DNA of 64,000 bases from Mobula hypostoma (GCF_963921235.1 NC_086109.1:6698001-6762000), one strand, 5' to 3'; positions 50,701 through 61,472 are shown, counted from the first letter of the stretch. The notes: generated from the sequence alone by a model not told the origin. A program made the numbers and translations.

Positions 50701-52299
50701 ACTATCTTATAGTCCTTGCCTAAAACTGTTTGAGAAAATAAATTATTAGTTGGTTACCTGTACAATTCAAATACATATTTGAAGAAGGTAATATTAGAAT
50801 TGGAAGCAACCTTAAATAACACTTGTATAAATTGAAACCTATTGATGAAATCAAAGTCCCCTCCCACCCGGGACGTTCTTCCTTTCCTCCTCCCCCCACT
50901 GCATCAGACAGAAGATACAAAAGCCTGGAAGGATATACCATCAGAATCAAAGACAGCTTCTATCCTAATGTTTTAATGGTTTCCTAGTATGACAAGATAG
51001 GCTCTTGACCTTACAGTCTATCTCGTCAGAGCCTTGCACTATACTATCTCGGTAACAGTAAGACTTTACTCTGAATTCTGTTACTGCTTTCCCCTTGTAC
51101 TACCTCAGTGTTCTGTTGTAATGAAATGATCTGTATGGATGGCATGAAAAGCAAAGTTTTGACTGTATCGGTACATATGATAACAATAAACTAATTTACC
51201 AGTTTTACAATTGCCTGTAACACTAGTGTTACAATTTGCTGTTGACGAGGCAGAAAGCACACCAGCACTTACAAGGAGATCTTAGCTGAGCTGAATGTTC
51301 AGCTGTGGAGACCTTTCAAATAGATCACAATGCCACAAAATGTGTCCCTTGTGTCAACGACCTACACAGTCTGAGGATGTGCTGGGGGCAGCTCGCAAGC
51401 TGGTGCCAATATAGCTTGCCCCCAACTTACTAACATTAACCCGTACATCTTTGGAACGTGCGCGGAGACCGGAGCACGTGGGGGAAGCCCACGCACTTGT
51501 GGGGAGAAGGTACAAACTCCTTACAGACTGTGTCAGGAATTGAATCACAATCACTGACGCTGTAAACCACTATGTTGGCTGCTAGGCTACCGTGTTGTAA
51601 TATCTGAACTGGCGCTATAAATATTCCTAGCATCATGATATGATAAATTCAGTAACACAAGAAATTCTGCAGATAGTCATAGTCATAGTCATACTTTATT
51701 GATCCCGGGGGAAATTGGTTTTCGTTACAGTTGCACCACAAATAATTAAATAGTAATAAAACCATAAATAATTAAATAGTAATATGTAAATTATGCCAGG
51801 AAATAAGTCCAGGACCAGCCTAACAAAAGCAAAACACACAAAATGCTGGAGAAACTCAACAGGTCAGGCAGCATCTATGGAAACAAACAAGCAGTCGACG
51901 TTTCGGGCTGAGAAGGGTCTTGGCCTGGAATGTCAACTGCTAGTTTTTCTCCATTTGACTTGCTGAGTTCCTCCAGTGTTGATAAATTCAGTGCTGACTG
52001 AAGGTTTCAGCTTACCTTTGCATACTTGTAACAGCAGGACCAATCCCACTAAAGCAGCAGAAACAAAAATTGAAAATGTTTAGCATTTATTAAAGTGTAC
52101 ATGTTTTTATACCTTGGACATTTAACAAGTAACTTGATACATAATTTAACACATAATTATAATAAAAATTATAACTGTTATAATTTGATAAAACTCGGCA
52201 TGTTAGATAATGTATTTATATTTTTAACTAGGTGCTTCATGTAGTTAAGATATTTGGCTGAATATTATTCTTACCAGCACAGAATGTGACCTTTGCCAT
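20185..52299 (-). CDS. CHIA: GH18 chitinase-family gene (acidic chitinase/chitotriosidase-like), 11 coding exons, 577 aa: signal peptide + GH18 barrel + S/T/P linker + 3 CBM14-like domains
   Basis: Joined exons 52299-52275, 52048-52016, 50719-50518, 46150-46094, 44953-44788, 43089-42965, 37808-37685, 36290-36108, 32947-32831, 24018-23859, 20726-20185. Sizes 25/33/202/57/166/125/124/183/117/160/542 sum to 1734 (578 codons), all GT-AG, no internal stop. Sizes 25, 202, 57, 166, 125, 124 match the vertebrate CHIA/CHIT1 exon pattern. The symbol is a family-level call; orthology is untested. Confidence 0.93.
21655..21803. repeat. 70-bp-arm palindrome (2 mismatches, 9 nt loop)
   Basis: 21655-21724 is the reverse complement of 21734-21803. 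Confidence 0.92.
21760..22520 (+). mobile_element. CR1 LINE 3' fragment
   Basis: [34 protein letters not shown]. Confidence 0.8.
22850..23262 (+). mobile_element. Penelope-like 3' fragment with 15-bp TSD, inside an older Penelope remnant
   Basis: TSD tgatctgctggctat at 22835-22849 and 23263-23277; GIY-YIG tail [13 protein letters not shown]. Confidence 0.85.
23859..24018 (-). CDS. CHIA: Chitinase exon 10 ([38 protein letters not shown]...SEETLP)
   Basis: 160 bp, cag/gtaatt; GGAMVWxxDLDD and CNQGKYPLI motifs. Confidence 0.95.
24493..24945 (-). mobile_element. CR1 3' fragment inserted in an older plus-strand CR1 remnant (~24400-25330)
   Basis: [25 protein letters not shown]...[16 protein letters not shown]. 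Confidence 0.85.
25102..25267. repeat. Perfect 76-bp-arm palindrome, 14 nt spacer
   Basis: 25102-25177 is the exact reverse complement of 25192-25267. Confidence 0.95.
25344..25650. mobile_element. hAT-type MITE
   Basis: Degenerate TIR cagtgttccct..; 8-bp TSD gtatgaac (25336-25343) / gtatggac (25651-25658). Confidence 0.65.
27372..27409 (-). ncRNA. Minimal type I hammerhead ribozyme motif (sense to chitinase pre-mRNA)
   Basis: Reverse complement tagtc-CTGACGA-a-ggg(tctcgg)cct-GAAA-CGTC-gactg. Confidence 0.78.
29177..29214 (+). ncRNA. Minimal type I hammerhead ribozyme motif in Penelope terminal repeat
   Basis: tagtc-CTGATGA-a-ggg(tctcgg)cct-GAAA-CGTC-gactg. Confidence 0.8.
32831..32947 (-). 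CDS. CHIA: Chitinase exon 9 ([39 protein letters not shown])
   Basis: 117 bp, cag/gtatgt; QEVPYAY..xEWVxYD motif. Confidence 0.95.
33999..34551. mobile_element. Non-autonomous TIR DNA transposon with 6-bp TSD, inserted in a SINE-like repeat
   Basis: TIR cagacatcccacc / ggtgggatgtctg; TSD tcatgg 33993-33998 and 34552-34557. Confidence 0.8.
36108..36290 (-). CDS. CHIA: Chitinase exon 8 ([30 protein letters not shown]...EGTLAYFE)
   Basis: 183 bp, cag/gtacag; [15 protein letters not shown] motif. Confidence 0.95.
37685..37808 (-). CDS. CHIA: Chitinase exon 7 ([30 protein letters not shown]...YFNV)
   Basis: 124 bp, cag/gtacgt; MTYxFHGxW and NSPLY motifs. Confidence 0.95.
38474..39130 (+). mobile_element. 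Chapaev3-like (CMC) DNA transposon remnant
   Basis: tta|CACTG start; [34 protein letters not shown] transposase motif; right end not found. Confidence 0.75.
40536..40571 (-). ncRNA. Minimal type I hammerhead ribozyme motif (sense to chitinase pre-mRNA)
   Basis: Exact reverse complement of 42380-42415. Confidence 0.78.
42380..42415 (+). ncRNA. Minimal type I hammerhead ribozyme motif
   Basis: agtc-CTGACGA-a-ggg(tttcgg)ccc-GAAA-CGTC-gact. Confidence 0.8.
42965..43089 (-). CDS. CHIA: Chitinase exon 6 ([41 protein letters not shown])
   Basis: 125 bp, cag/gtacgt; PRLLLS and AGYEI motifs. Confidence 0.95.
43680..43950 (-). mobile_element. R2-group (Hero-like) non-LTR 3' fragment
   Basis: [11 protein letters not shown]...[15 protein letters not shown] across a frameshift. 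Confidence 0.6.
43956..44681 (-). mobile_element. Tigger/pogo-like deletion derivative
   Basis: TA|cagtcggccctccgtatc ... gatatggagggccgactg|TA; CENP-B HTH remnant FKASKGWL. Confidence 0.85.
44788..44953 (-). CDS. CHIA: Chitinase exon 5 ([38 protein letters not shown]...FLVQ), catalytic motif exon
   Basis: 166 bp, cag/gtgagc; FDGLDL[H]WEYPG. Confidence 0.96.
46094..46150 (-). CDS. CHIA: Chitinase exon 4 ([18 protein letters not shown])
   Basis: 57 bp, cag/gtaagt; SxGGW motif. Confidence 0.95.
46330..47240 (-). mobile_element. CR1 fragment
   Basis: [28 protein letters not shown]. Confidence 0.8.
47550..48335 (+). mobile_element. L2-like LINE 3' fragment
   Basis: [33 protein letters not shown]; aaacctgattctgat tail. 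Confidence 0.8.
48720..50090 (+). mobile_element. L1-clade LINE 3' fragment with a Penelope-derived foldback in its 3'UTR
   Basis: [30 protein letters not shown] zf-RVT-like region; AATAAA plus A-rich end. Confidence 0.8.
49739..49965. mobile_element. Penelope-terminal-repeat-derived foldback mini-element
   Basis: Arms caacacacatc..gcatctctaggaagaggtac / gtacctcttcctagagatgc..gatgtgtgttg; TSD tgaatataga 49729-49738 and 49966-49975. Confidence 0.85.
50518..50719 (-). CDS. CHIA: Chitinase exon 3 ([40 protein letters not shown]...YESFNNLKK)
   Basis: 202 bp, ag/gtatgt; GH18 N-terminal VCYY..W and PxLCTH motifs. Confidence 0.95.
52016..52048 (-). CDS. CHIA: Chitinase exon 2 ([11 protein letters not shown], hydrophobic signal core)
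   Basis: tttag|TGGGATTG...TGCAAAG|gtaag; 33 bp, phase 1-1. Confidence 0.85.
52275..52299 (-). CDS. CHIA: Chitinase exon 1 (MAKVTFCA, start of signal peptide)
   Basis: ATG GCA AAG GTC ACA TTC TGT GCT G|gtaag; 25 bp as in CHIT1/CHIA. Confidence 0.85.
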
Positions 52300-52387
52300 C
52301 TTGCTCCTCTTGTTCAGGGAACAATGCTTTTGAAAGTTTGTTAATATGATATTGGTCAGCACTGTTTGCTGGTCAGCATGAGACTTG

Positions 52388-52393
52388 TTTATG
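52388..52393 (-). promoter_or_regulatory. Possible TATA-like box (CATAAA) of the chitinase gene
   Basis: About 90 nt upstream of the ATG; position only, no TSS data. Confidence 0.25.
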
Positions 52394-52689
52394 GGTCTCC
52401 TGTAACAACAACTGAGCAGAGGAAGCAATGAAGTCAAAGTTCCTATAAATGATCAACCAGGCAATGAAAGAGAACAAGGCAAATGCATTTGGAAGCACAG
52501 GCAGTGTTTAAAGGTTAAAGAAACTAGATAAACCCTCGGAGTCAACATGAGGGCAAAATCTTCCAAAAGGCTCCCTCACCTGACTTGAGTTTAATTTTCC
52601 CTTAATCTTATTGTCACACCTTGTGCTCAAGGGCTGTCATTCCTTGCTGTGGGCTTTCCAGCTATCGGGAATCTGCTCCTGGTATCTGT

Positions 52690-52902
52690 CTAGACCCGTT
52701 GCATTTTGATGTGCAACATCCGCACAATGCTGGAGGAACGCAGCAAGTCAGGCAGCATCAGTGGAGGGGAATAAATAGCCTTTCTCAGTCCAAAAAATCG
52801 ACTGTTTATTCCCCTCTATAGACGCTGCTTCCATTTGTTGAATTTCTCCAGCACCGTGTGTGTGTGTTTGTGTGTGTATGTGTGCGTGCGCGCGCGGGTG
52901 CG

Positions 52903-52958
<56 letters not shown>

Positions 52959-52983
52959 GCACATCAAAATCCAACAGGTCTAG
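52690..52983. repeat. Foldback element containing a (TG)n/(CG)n tract upstream of chitinase exon 1
   Basis: ctagacccgttgcattttgatgtgcaaca / tgttgcacatcaaaatccaacaggtctag; alternating purine-pyrimidine 52855-52956. Confidence 0.85.
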
Positions 52984-53616
52984 CCCTGTAAGTGTAGAAT
53001 TGTTATTTTTCTTGTAGTTTAACATTCCTATGCTTTTTTGGTATTTTTATATAATCACCCACAGTATATACGTGCAATGGTTCAGTAAATTTTCCAGTAA
53101 TTATGGTACAGTTGTTTCTGTATTTTTCTAGGAATTCCTTAGTTTTCAGTAGCAGGTGACATGTTACTGGAATTTGGCTATTTTATAGGGCAATTGGTTT
53201 AGTCATCTAGTTTGAGTATGAGGTTCCTCTTTGTCTTACTTTGCTGTTTTGAGCTGTTTGTCTCCCTCTCACTGTGGCAGGAGCGACACCCCTCTCTCCC
53301 TCGTTAGTGAGAGAGAGAAAGCCCGTGGGATGTCGAACTGTTGGGATGAACAGTGGTTTTTGATGGACTCTAGGTCATGGTTTTTTGGGGGGCTTTGCTC
53401 TCGCTTGCGTGGTGGGTGGGTGGTGGGGGGTGCGATGCTTTCTACCGGAACAATTGTGGAGGGGGAGGGTTGATTCTTTTGCTGCTGCTTGTGTGTGGGA
53501 GGGGTGGAGGGCTTTTTGGTTCTAACATTTGTCTGTCGTTCATTCTTTGGGGGGCTTCTGTTTCGTGGATGTTTGTGAAGAGTAAGAGTTTCAGGTTGTA
53601 TACTTTATACATTCTC

Positions 53617-53947
53617 ATAGTCATAGTCATACTTTATTGATCCCGGGGGAAATTGGTTTTCTTTACAGTTGCACCATAAATAATAAATAGTAATAGAATC
53701 ATAAATAGTTAAATAGTGGTATGTAAATTAGGCCAGTAAATTATGAAATAAGTCCAGGACCAGCCTATTGGCTCAGAGTTTCTGACCCTCCAAGGGAGGA
53801 GTTGTAAAGTTTGATGGCCACAGGCAGGAATGACTTCCTATGACGCTCTGTGTTGCATCTCGGTGGAATGAGTCTCTGGCTGAATGTACTCCTGTGCCCA
53901 CCCAGTACATTATGTAGTGGATGGGAGATATTGACCAAGATGGCATG
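53617..53947 (-). mobile_element. Rex1/L2-like LINE 3' end; further copies at 51675-51822 (-) and 54695-54962 (+)
   Basis: Shared aataaagtatgactatgac tail and RHRKSFLPVAIKLYN C-terminus. Confidence 0.75.
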
Positions 53948-55919
53948 ACTCTGATATTAAATGGAACCATTAAACCATTGCCTTGGCTGTCTCTTTTAAT
54001 TTTCTGCCCTTGTAACATTTAATAAAACAATCATTTTATAACCTCATTCTTGACTTCTGAAGAACCTTTGAATCATAGAAGCATCAGGATCCAACAATTC
54101 CTCCTGCATTGTCCTGTGTGTCACTCAAGATTTCCAGCATCTGCAGAATCTCTTGTGTTTCTATGAGATCCCCTCTTACCTTCTATTCACCAGTGAATTG
54201 AAGCCTAACTGAGCCGGGCTCTCCTCCTACAACAGTCCGACCATCTCAAACCTCAGTCCAATCACCCTCTGTGATATACAACGACTCTAGCAAATTTCTA
54301 CAGATGTACAATGGAGAGCATTCTAACTGGTTGCATCACCGTCACGTACGGAGGGACCACTGCACAGAGTACTCTGCAGAAGGTTGTAAACTCAGCCAGC
54401 TCCATTATGGGCACTAGCCTCCCCAGCACTGAGGACATCCCCAAAAGGTGAGGCCTCAAAAAGGCAGCATTCGTCATTAAAGACCCCCATCACCCAGGAC
54501 ATGCCCTGTTCTCATTGATACCATCAGGAAGAAGGTACAGGAGCCTGAAAACACACACTCAACATTTCAGGAACAACTTCTTCCCTTCCGCCATCAGACA
54601 ATGAACCCATGAACGCTACCTCCATATTTTTTAAATCTCTTTTTGCACTACTTACTTAATTTTCTTTTTTATACACTATATACACTATATAGAGACTCAT
54701 TCCACTGAGATGCAACACAGAGCATCATAGGAAGTCATTCCTGCCCGTGGCCATCAAACTTTACAACTCCTCCCTTGGAGGGTCAGACACCCTGAGCCAA
54801 TAGGCTGGTCCTGGACTTATTTCATAATTTACTGGCATAATTTACATATTACTATTTAATTATTTATGGTTTTATATTGCTTTATTTATGCTCTATTCTT
54901 GGTTGGTGCAACTGCAACGAAAACCAATTTCCCTCAGGATCAATAGAGTATGACTATGACTATATACTTATTGTAATTTGTAGTTTTTATTATTACGTAT
55001 GGCAATGTACTGCAGCTGCAAAAACAACAGATTTCCCAACATTTGCCAGTGATGTTAAATCTGTTTCTGATTCTTGTGCTGATGAAGGGTCTTGGCCCGA
55101 AATGTCGACTGTTTTCCCCTCTCCATTGACGCAGCCCGACCCGATGAGTTCGTCCAGCACCTTGTGTGTGTTGCTCTGGATTTCCAGCATCAGCAGAATC
55201 CCTTGTGTTTCTGACTCTACAAATCTTTGCTCAGTGCTCCACAGTAAACAAGGTCACATTGACATGGACATTGATCACTTCTATCTGGAAAATGTCAGGG
55301 CATTCAGCATGTTTCAACATTTCATTGGCCTGGATGTATTGTAATATATTTACCCTGGCCCAATGGGACCTGTAGGCAGAGTGTATTTTGAAGGACAGAA
55401 AACATCTCAGACAGGGACTTCTTGACATTGTGCAGGCATCAAGCCAAAACTCAAATAGACACTGAGGCAGATTAATAGACTCTGCCACGCTGTTTAGTGT
55501 CTGTACTTCTCCATGCAGTAGGGGGATGTGCGTGAGACTGAGCACAAGTGGCCCAACACACTTTGGGACAATAGTGCAGCCATGCAGAGTCTCAGAGTGA
55601 ATCGGAAAGTGCCAACGTTGCAGGGCAGTAAGGGAGAAGGCAGTCCACTTACCTCCTGCCAGTCACCGTGTGGAAAATTACACTCAACACTGTGTTACGA
55701 GGCAGATTTATTGAATCATATCCGCTTAAACTTAAATCCAGTGTTGTAAGGACTTAAGCTGTAGGCTCACTTTCTTGAAATCTCAAATTTGTATTTGAAG
55801 TTAGTTCAAGTTCAAGTTTACTTTTATTCAACCATACACAGCTAAACAAAACATTGTTCCTTTAGGTATAACACATAGAACATACGGTCACACATGGCAC
55901 ATTTTGGCCGCTCATGGAG

Positions 55920-56330
55920 TTGGAGTTTAGAAGAATGGAGTGGAGACCTCATAGAAACATTTCGAATGCTGAAAGGTATGGACAGAGTGGATGTGGCAAA
56001 GTTGTTTCCCATGATGGGAGAGTCTAGTACGAGAAGGCATGACTTAAGGATTGAAGAGCACCCATTCGGAACAGAAATGCGAAGAAATTTTTTTAGCCAG
56101 AGGGTGGTGAACCTGTGGAATTTGTTGCCACAGGCAGCAGTGGAGGCCAAGTCATTGGGTGTATTTAAGGCAGAGATTGACAGGTATCTGAGTAGCCAGG
56201 GCATCAAAGGTTATGGTGAGAAGGCGGGGGAGTGGGACTAAATGGGAAAATGGATCAGCTCATGATAAAATGGCGGAGCAGACTCGATGGGCTGAATGGC
56301 CGACTTCTGCTCCTTTGTCTTATGGTCTTA
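55920..56330 (+). mobile_element. CR1 3' fragment
   Basis: GDLIETFRMLKGMDRVD...[14 protein letters not shown]. Confidence 0.85.
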
Positions 56331-57709
56331 TATAGTTGCGATCCCACTCATACAAAGTAATATTAACACTAGGACAGGTTGATGTGAAGTAGGTTAGATC
56401 AGATTAGCTTTATTTGTCACAAAACATACAGTAAAGTGTGTCATTTGTGTCACCCACCATCACAGTCTGAGGCTGTGCTGAGGGCAGCTCGCAAGTGTCA
56501 CCATGCTGCCGGCACCAACAGAATGTGCCCGCAAGAATCGCCCATAACAGCCCAGGTCCTTTGGAGGAGCAGGAAAACAAGTCAACTTGCTGGAATGGCC
56601 AATGTTCATAAAACCTTAGAGTGATACAGGAGAGAGTCAGGCCATTTGGCCAAACTAATCCATGCTGTCCAAGTTGCCCATTTATCTAGTCCCACCTCTC
56701 TCCGAACCAGGGGTTCCCAACCTGGGGTTCACGGTCTCCTTGCTTAATGGTATTGGCCCATGGCATAAAAAAGGTTGGGAACACCTGCTCTAGACATTTC
56801 CTGTCCATGTACCACCCATGCATTTAGTAACATATTAGTCCTTCATGAGATTTCTGTATTTCCCTGTAACACAGGAGTCCACTGTGTCCAAAGAGCAATC
56901 CCACTAATGTTCCATAATACCTCATCTCCCAGCATTCCCATCAGTTGTCCTCACAGGTTCTACCGCTCACCTGCGCATAGTGACCACACGCCTTTGGGGT
57001 TGTGGGGGGGAAAGGCTGAGCACTCACGGGAAACCCACTCGTTCTCTGGGAGAAGGTGCAAACTTCACACAGATAGCACTCATGCTCAGGGCTGAATCCA
57101 GGTCTCTGAAACTGAGACCCGGATGAGATTTGCCAGGACGCTGCCTGGATTGGAGAGAACATCGGGACAGGTTGAGTCAGCTCGAGCTTTTCTCTTTAGA
57201 GCGAGGGAGGATGAGGGGTGACTTGGTAGAGAATGAGAGGCATAGATCAAGTGGCCAGCCAGAGACTAATACAAGAGGGCATAATTATAAAGTGATTGGA
57301 GGAACATGTAGGGGTGATATCAGAGGTATGTTTTTTACAGAGAATGTGCTGTCAGGGGTGGTGGTAGAGGCAGATACATAAGAGACATTTAAGAAACTCT
57401 TAGATAGGCACATGGATGATAGAGAAATGGAGGGCTGTGTGGGAGGGAAGGGTTAGATTGAGTTCTTCGGGCTTGTGCAAGGCACTAGAGAACGTTGAGC
57501 TCTGAGGACTTTGGAGCCACTGGTTTGGTTAATTGTTGCTTATTGACAGTTGTGAATCATTTAGATTTCCCTGTATTTTCTCTCGAGCTACTCGCACTTT
57601 GTATTGCGGTCTCCTGGTACCCTTTTGTTTAAGCTTGTTAAGTTTATTTTGATGGGCCCAGGGATGCCATGTTGCTTGTATTATTTAAGCGGAGGCCCGA
57701 TTAGCCCTA

Positions 57710-58972
57710 ATGTCCAGTGGCCCTGACCTCACACATCATGAAGACCCTAGAGAGGCTGGTCCTGGCTCACCTCCGACCCCTGGTCAGATCAGCCCTCGAT
57801 TCCCTGCAGTTTGCCAACCAGGAACACACTGGAGTGACGATGCTGTCATCTACCTGCTGAACAGAGCCTACTCCCATTTAGATAAGCAGGGCAGCATTCT
57901 GAGGATCATGTTTTTTGATTTCCCGAGTGCCTTCAATACAGCCTTCACTGCTGGGGGAGAAGTTCTGTTCAATGTAGTTTGGCACTTCCATTGTATCCTG
58001 GATAATGGACTACCTGCCTGGCAGACCACAGTTGGTGCAGCTTGGGACTCCACAGGGGACTGTATTGGCTCCCTTCCTGTTTACCCTGTATACCTGGGAT
58101 TTTAGATACAACACTAAGTCACGTCATCCTGCAGAAATTCTCTGATGACTCAGCAATAATTGTGTAAGGGGAGGACGGGAGGATGAATGCAGGGACCTAG
58201 TGGAGGACTTTGTCAGATGGTGCAAGCTGAATCATCCGCAGCTCAACATCAATAAGACAAAGGAGATGGTGATGGACTTTAGGAAGACTAAGCCTGCGTT
58301 ACTATTGATGGTGAAGATGTGGATATGGTGAGGAGCTACAAGTACCTGGGAGTTCCCCTGGATGACAGACTTGAGTGGAGCACCGACACAGAGGCTGTGT
58401 ACGAGAAGGACCAGAGTCGCCTCTACTTCCTGAGGAGACTGAAGTCCTTTGGAGTATGTAGGCCTCTCCTTCACATGTTCTACCAGTCCATTGTTACTAG
58501 TACAATCTCCTATGCGGTGGGGTGCTGGGGCAATGGCATCAACATGGGGTGATGCCAACAGGCTCAATCAACTGATTAGAAAGACTGGCTCTGTTATAGG
58601 AGTCAAACTGGACACACTGGAGGCTGTGGTAGAACAAAGGACCCTACGGAAAATCCTGTCAATTCCGGACACTGTTTCTCACCCTCTGCCTGTCACCTTG
58701 GCTGAACAGAGGAGCACTTTCAGTAATAGACTAAGACAACTGTGCTGCTCCAAACAGCGCTATGTGAGGTCATTCTTGTCAATCTTACCTTTGGCTATCA
58801 GGCTGTACAAGGAGTCAACTTATAGCCGGGGAAATAATGCCCTCCCCCAATTAGACTTATTTTTTTATTTTTTCTTCTCTTCTAATATTTTTATATTTGT
58901 ATATCTATGCACTTGTAATGCTACTGTGACACTGTAATTTCCTTTGGGATCAATAAAGTATCCATCTATCTA
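57710..58972 (+). mobile_element. Rex1/Babar-like LINE, degraded RT
   Basis: PVALTSHIMKTLERLV, DDAVIYLL.RAYSHLD....RIMFFDF.SAFNT, YKYLGV.LDDRLEWS; aataaagtatccatctatct tail. Confidence 0.85.
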
Positions 58973-60147
58973 ATTGCAGGGTCCAGGGTCTAATGTTCTT
59001 TTAGAATTACTATGAATAAACCTATCACTGAGTCTAATCTGAGTTTGTCTCTCCTCCGCACTTGGGTTCTGATCCTGCCAGTGCACATTGTGACAGATCT
59101 CGGAACGGGTTAAAAGGCCTGTACTGTGTTGTTCTGTTCTATAATATACCAGACGTCACAGTGCAGGAAAAACTGGGAATCAGGCCTTGCAGTATATTTG
59201 GTGATATGATCATCACTTTTCCTTCTTATGTTTGGATTATCGTTTGCTCTGACAGAACAGATACCAGCACTCGCTGATAGTTAGAGGTACAGTTGTCGAA
59301 ATTGTTTTTCAAATGGTTGTAAGTGAAGTGGTGAAGGGAAGTGAGGGAATAAAGGGAAGTGAGGGAACTGGCAAGCAGCTGATCCTCATTCTCAGGTACT
59401 GGCACAGCACAGGAGGTAAGGCAGAGGCGAAGAAAGGTGGATTATGAGAGAAATAAGAGACAAGAGGTGAAGTTAAGATGTTCTACAGCAATTAAAATCT
59501 GCCGGAATAAGAGGTCACATTTTCAACCAGAATCAGGATCTGGTTTAATATCACTGATGTTCTGCATGTCACAAAATTATTGTGCAGTACATAAAATGTA
59601 TAAATTACAATAAGATATACATATATATTTCAAATTAAATGGTGCAAAAAGAGAGGAAAAGTAGGGAGACAGTGTTCATGGGATGGAATATAGCTGCTGC
59701 CACGAGTTCAAGTTTATTATCACCGGTACGTTGTGAAATCTGTTTGTGACAGCAGTACAGTGCCCTACATTATGTAACTATAAGTTACAAAAAATAAATA
59801 GGTGGTGAGAAAAGAGGATTAGTGAGATAGTGTCCAAGGAGAGGTCGAAGGTCAGTAGCTTGATGATGTGGTTAAGGCAGTGCCCAGAACGCAGATTAGA
59901 TCGATGACTAAATTGCGTTTTGCATAGTTGGTTTAGTTTAAGGATCTTGGTGATATGCCTAAAGAGTGAGGAGGGCAGTGAGCTGGCATCATTGTAAAGC
60001 TTACATTAGAGCAGCGCACCTAGACAGGAAATTCTGCTCCTCTGGCTGGCAGTGAGAGGGACCCTCCAAGTTAGGTCCTTCCTGCACGCCTGGACCAACA
60101 CTCCCACTGCGGGATGACTGTAGCAGGGACCAAACAGTCGCTCACCT

Positions 60148-61472
60148 TGTTAGGGTGTGTTCTGGTATAAAACAAATATTAACTTCAGCAACCAGTCTTT
60201 AGACCTGAACATGGATTGTAGATTAAATTTAAAATGCAGCCCTGGACAATAGTTTCCTGGAGCTGTGGACTCAATCTGATTAAAAACCAGATGACGCTGA
60301 TTAACATTCATTTTGGGTGTCTGGAGTGTGGGTGTTAGCTGTGAGGAGGATGCTAAGAGGATGCAGGGTGACTTGGATAGGTTAGGTGAGTGGGCAAATT
60401 CATGGCAGATGCAATTTAATGTGGATAAATGTGAGGTTATCCACTTTGGTGGCAAAAACAGGAAAACAGATTATTATCTGAATGGTGGCCGATTAGGAAA
60501 AGGGGAGGTGCAACGAAACCTGGGTGTCATTATACACCAGTCATTGAAAGTGGGCATGCAGGTACAGCAGGCGGTGAAAAAGGTGAATGGTATGCTGGCA
60601 TTCATAGCAAGAGGATTCGAGTACAGGAGCAGGGAGGTACTACTGCAGTTGTACAAGGCCTTGGTGAGACCATACCTGGAGTATTGTGTGCAGTTTTGGT
60701 CCCCTAATCTGAGGAAAGACATTCTTGCCATAGAGGGAGTACAAAGAAGGTTCACCAGATTGATTCCTGAGATGGCAGGACTTTCATATGATGAAAGACT
60801 GGATCGACTAGGCTTATACTCATTGGAATTTAGAAGATAGAGGGGGGATCTTATTGAAACATATAAAATCCTAAAGGGATTGGACAGGCTAGATGCAGGA
60901 AGATTGTTCCCGATGTTGGGGAAGTCCAGAACGAGGGGCCACAGTTTGAGGATAGAGGGGAAGCCTTTTAGGACCGAGATGAGGAAAAACTTCTTCACAC
61001 AGAGAGTGGTGAATCTGTGGAATTCTCTGCCACAGGAAACAGCTGAGGCCAGTTCATTGGCTATATTTAAGAGGGAATTAGATATGGCGATGTGGTTAAA
61101 GGGATCAGGGGGTATGGTGAGAAGGCAGGTACAGGGTTCTGAGTTGGATGATCAGCCATAATCATACTGAATGGCGGTGGAGGCTCAAAGAGCCGAATGG
61201 CCTACTCCTGCACCTATTTTCTATGTTTCTAAGAGGTGTATGAAAACTGTATGTAATTCAAAGGAAGCATTGTGGATACAGTGTAACTATAGAATAGTCC
61301 TGCTGTTATCTTTGATCTTTAGCATATAAAATGTCATGTCATATTGGGTCATTCAGGCCTCTTGCTCCGAGAGTGTCTCACTATGATGCCTGATGCTCGT
61401 TTGTGTTGAATAAAACACTTCCAGATCCACAAACTTCAGTGTCTCTCTAGTGACTCCGTTCACGTTACAACA
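60148..61472 (+). mobile_element. Solo LTR (~420 bp net), interrupted by a CR1
   Basis: TGTT...AACA termini, 4-bp TSD acct (60144-60147, 61473-61476), TATAAAA near 61326 and AATAAA near 61409. Confidence 0.8.
60336..61231 (+). mobile_element. CR1 LINE (same family as element B at 26952-30072)
   Basis: Near-identical ORF ([30 protein letters not shown]...); ggtgt on both flanks. Confidence 0.92.
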
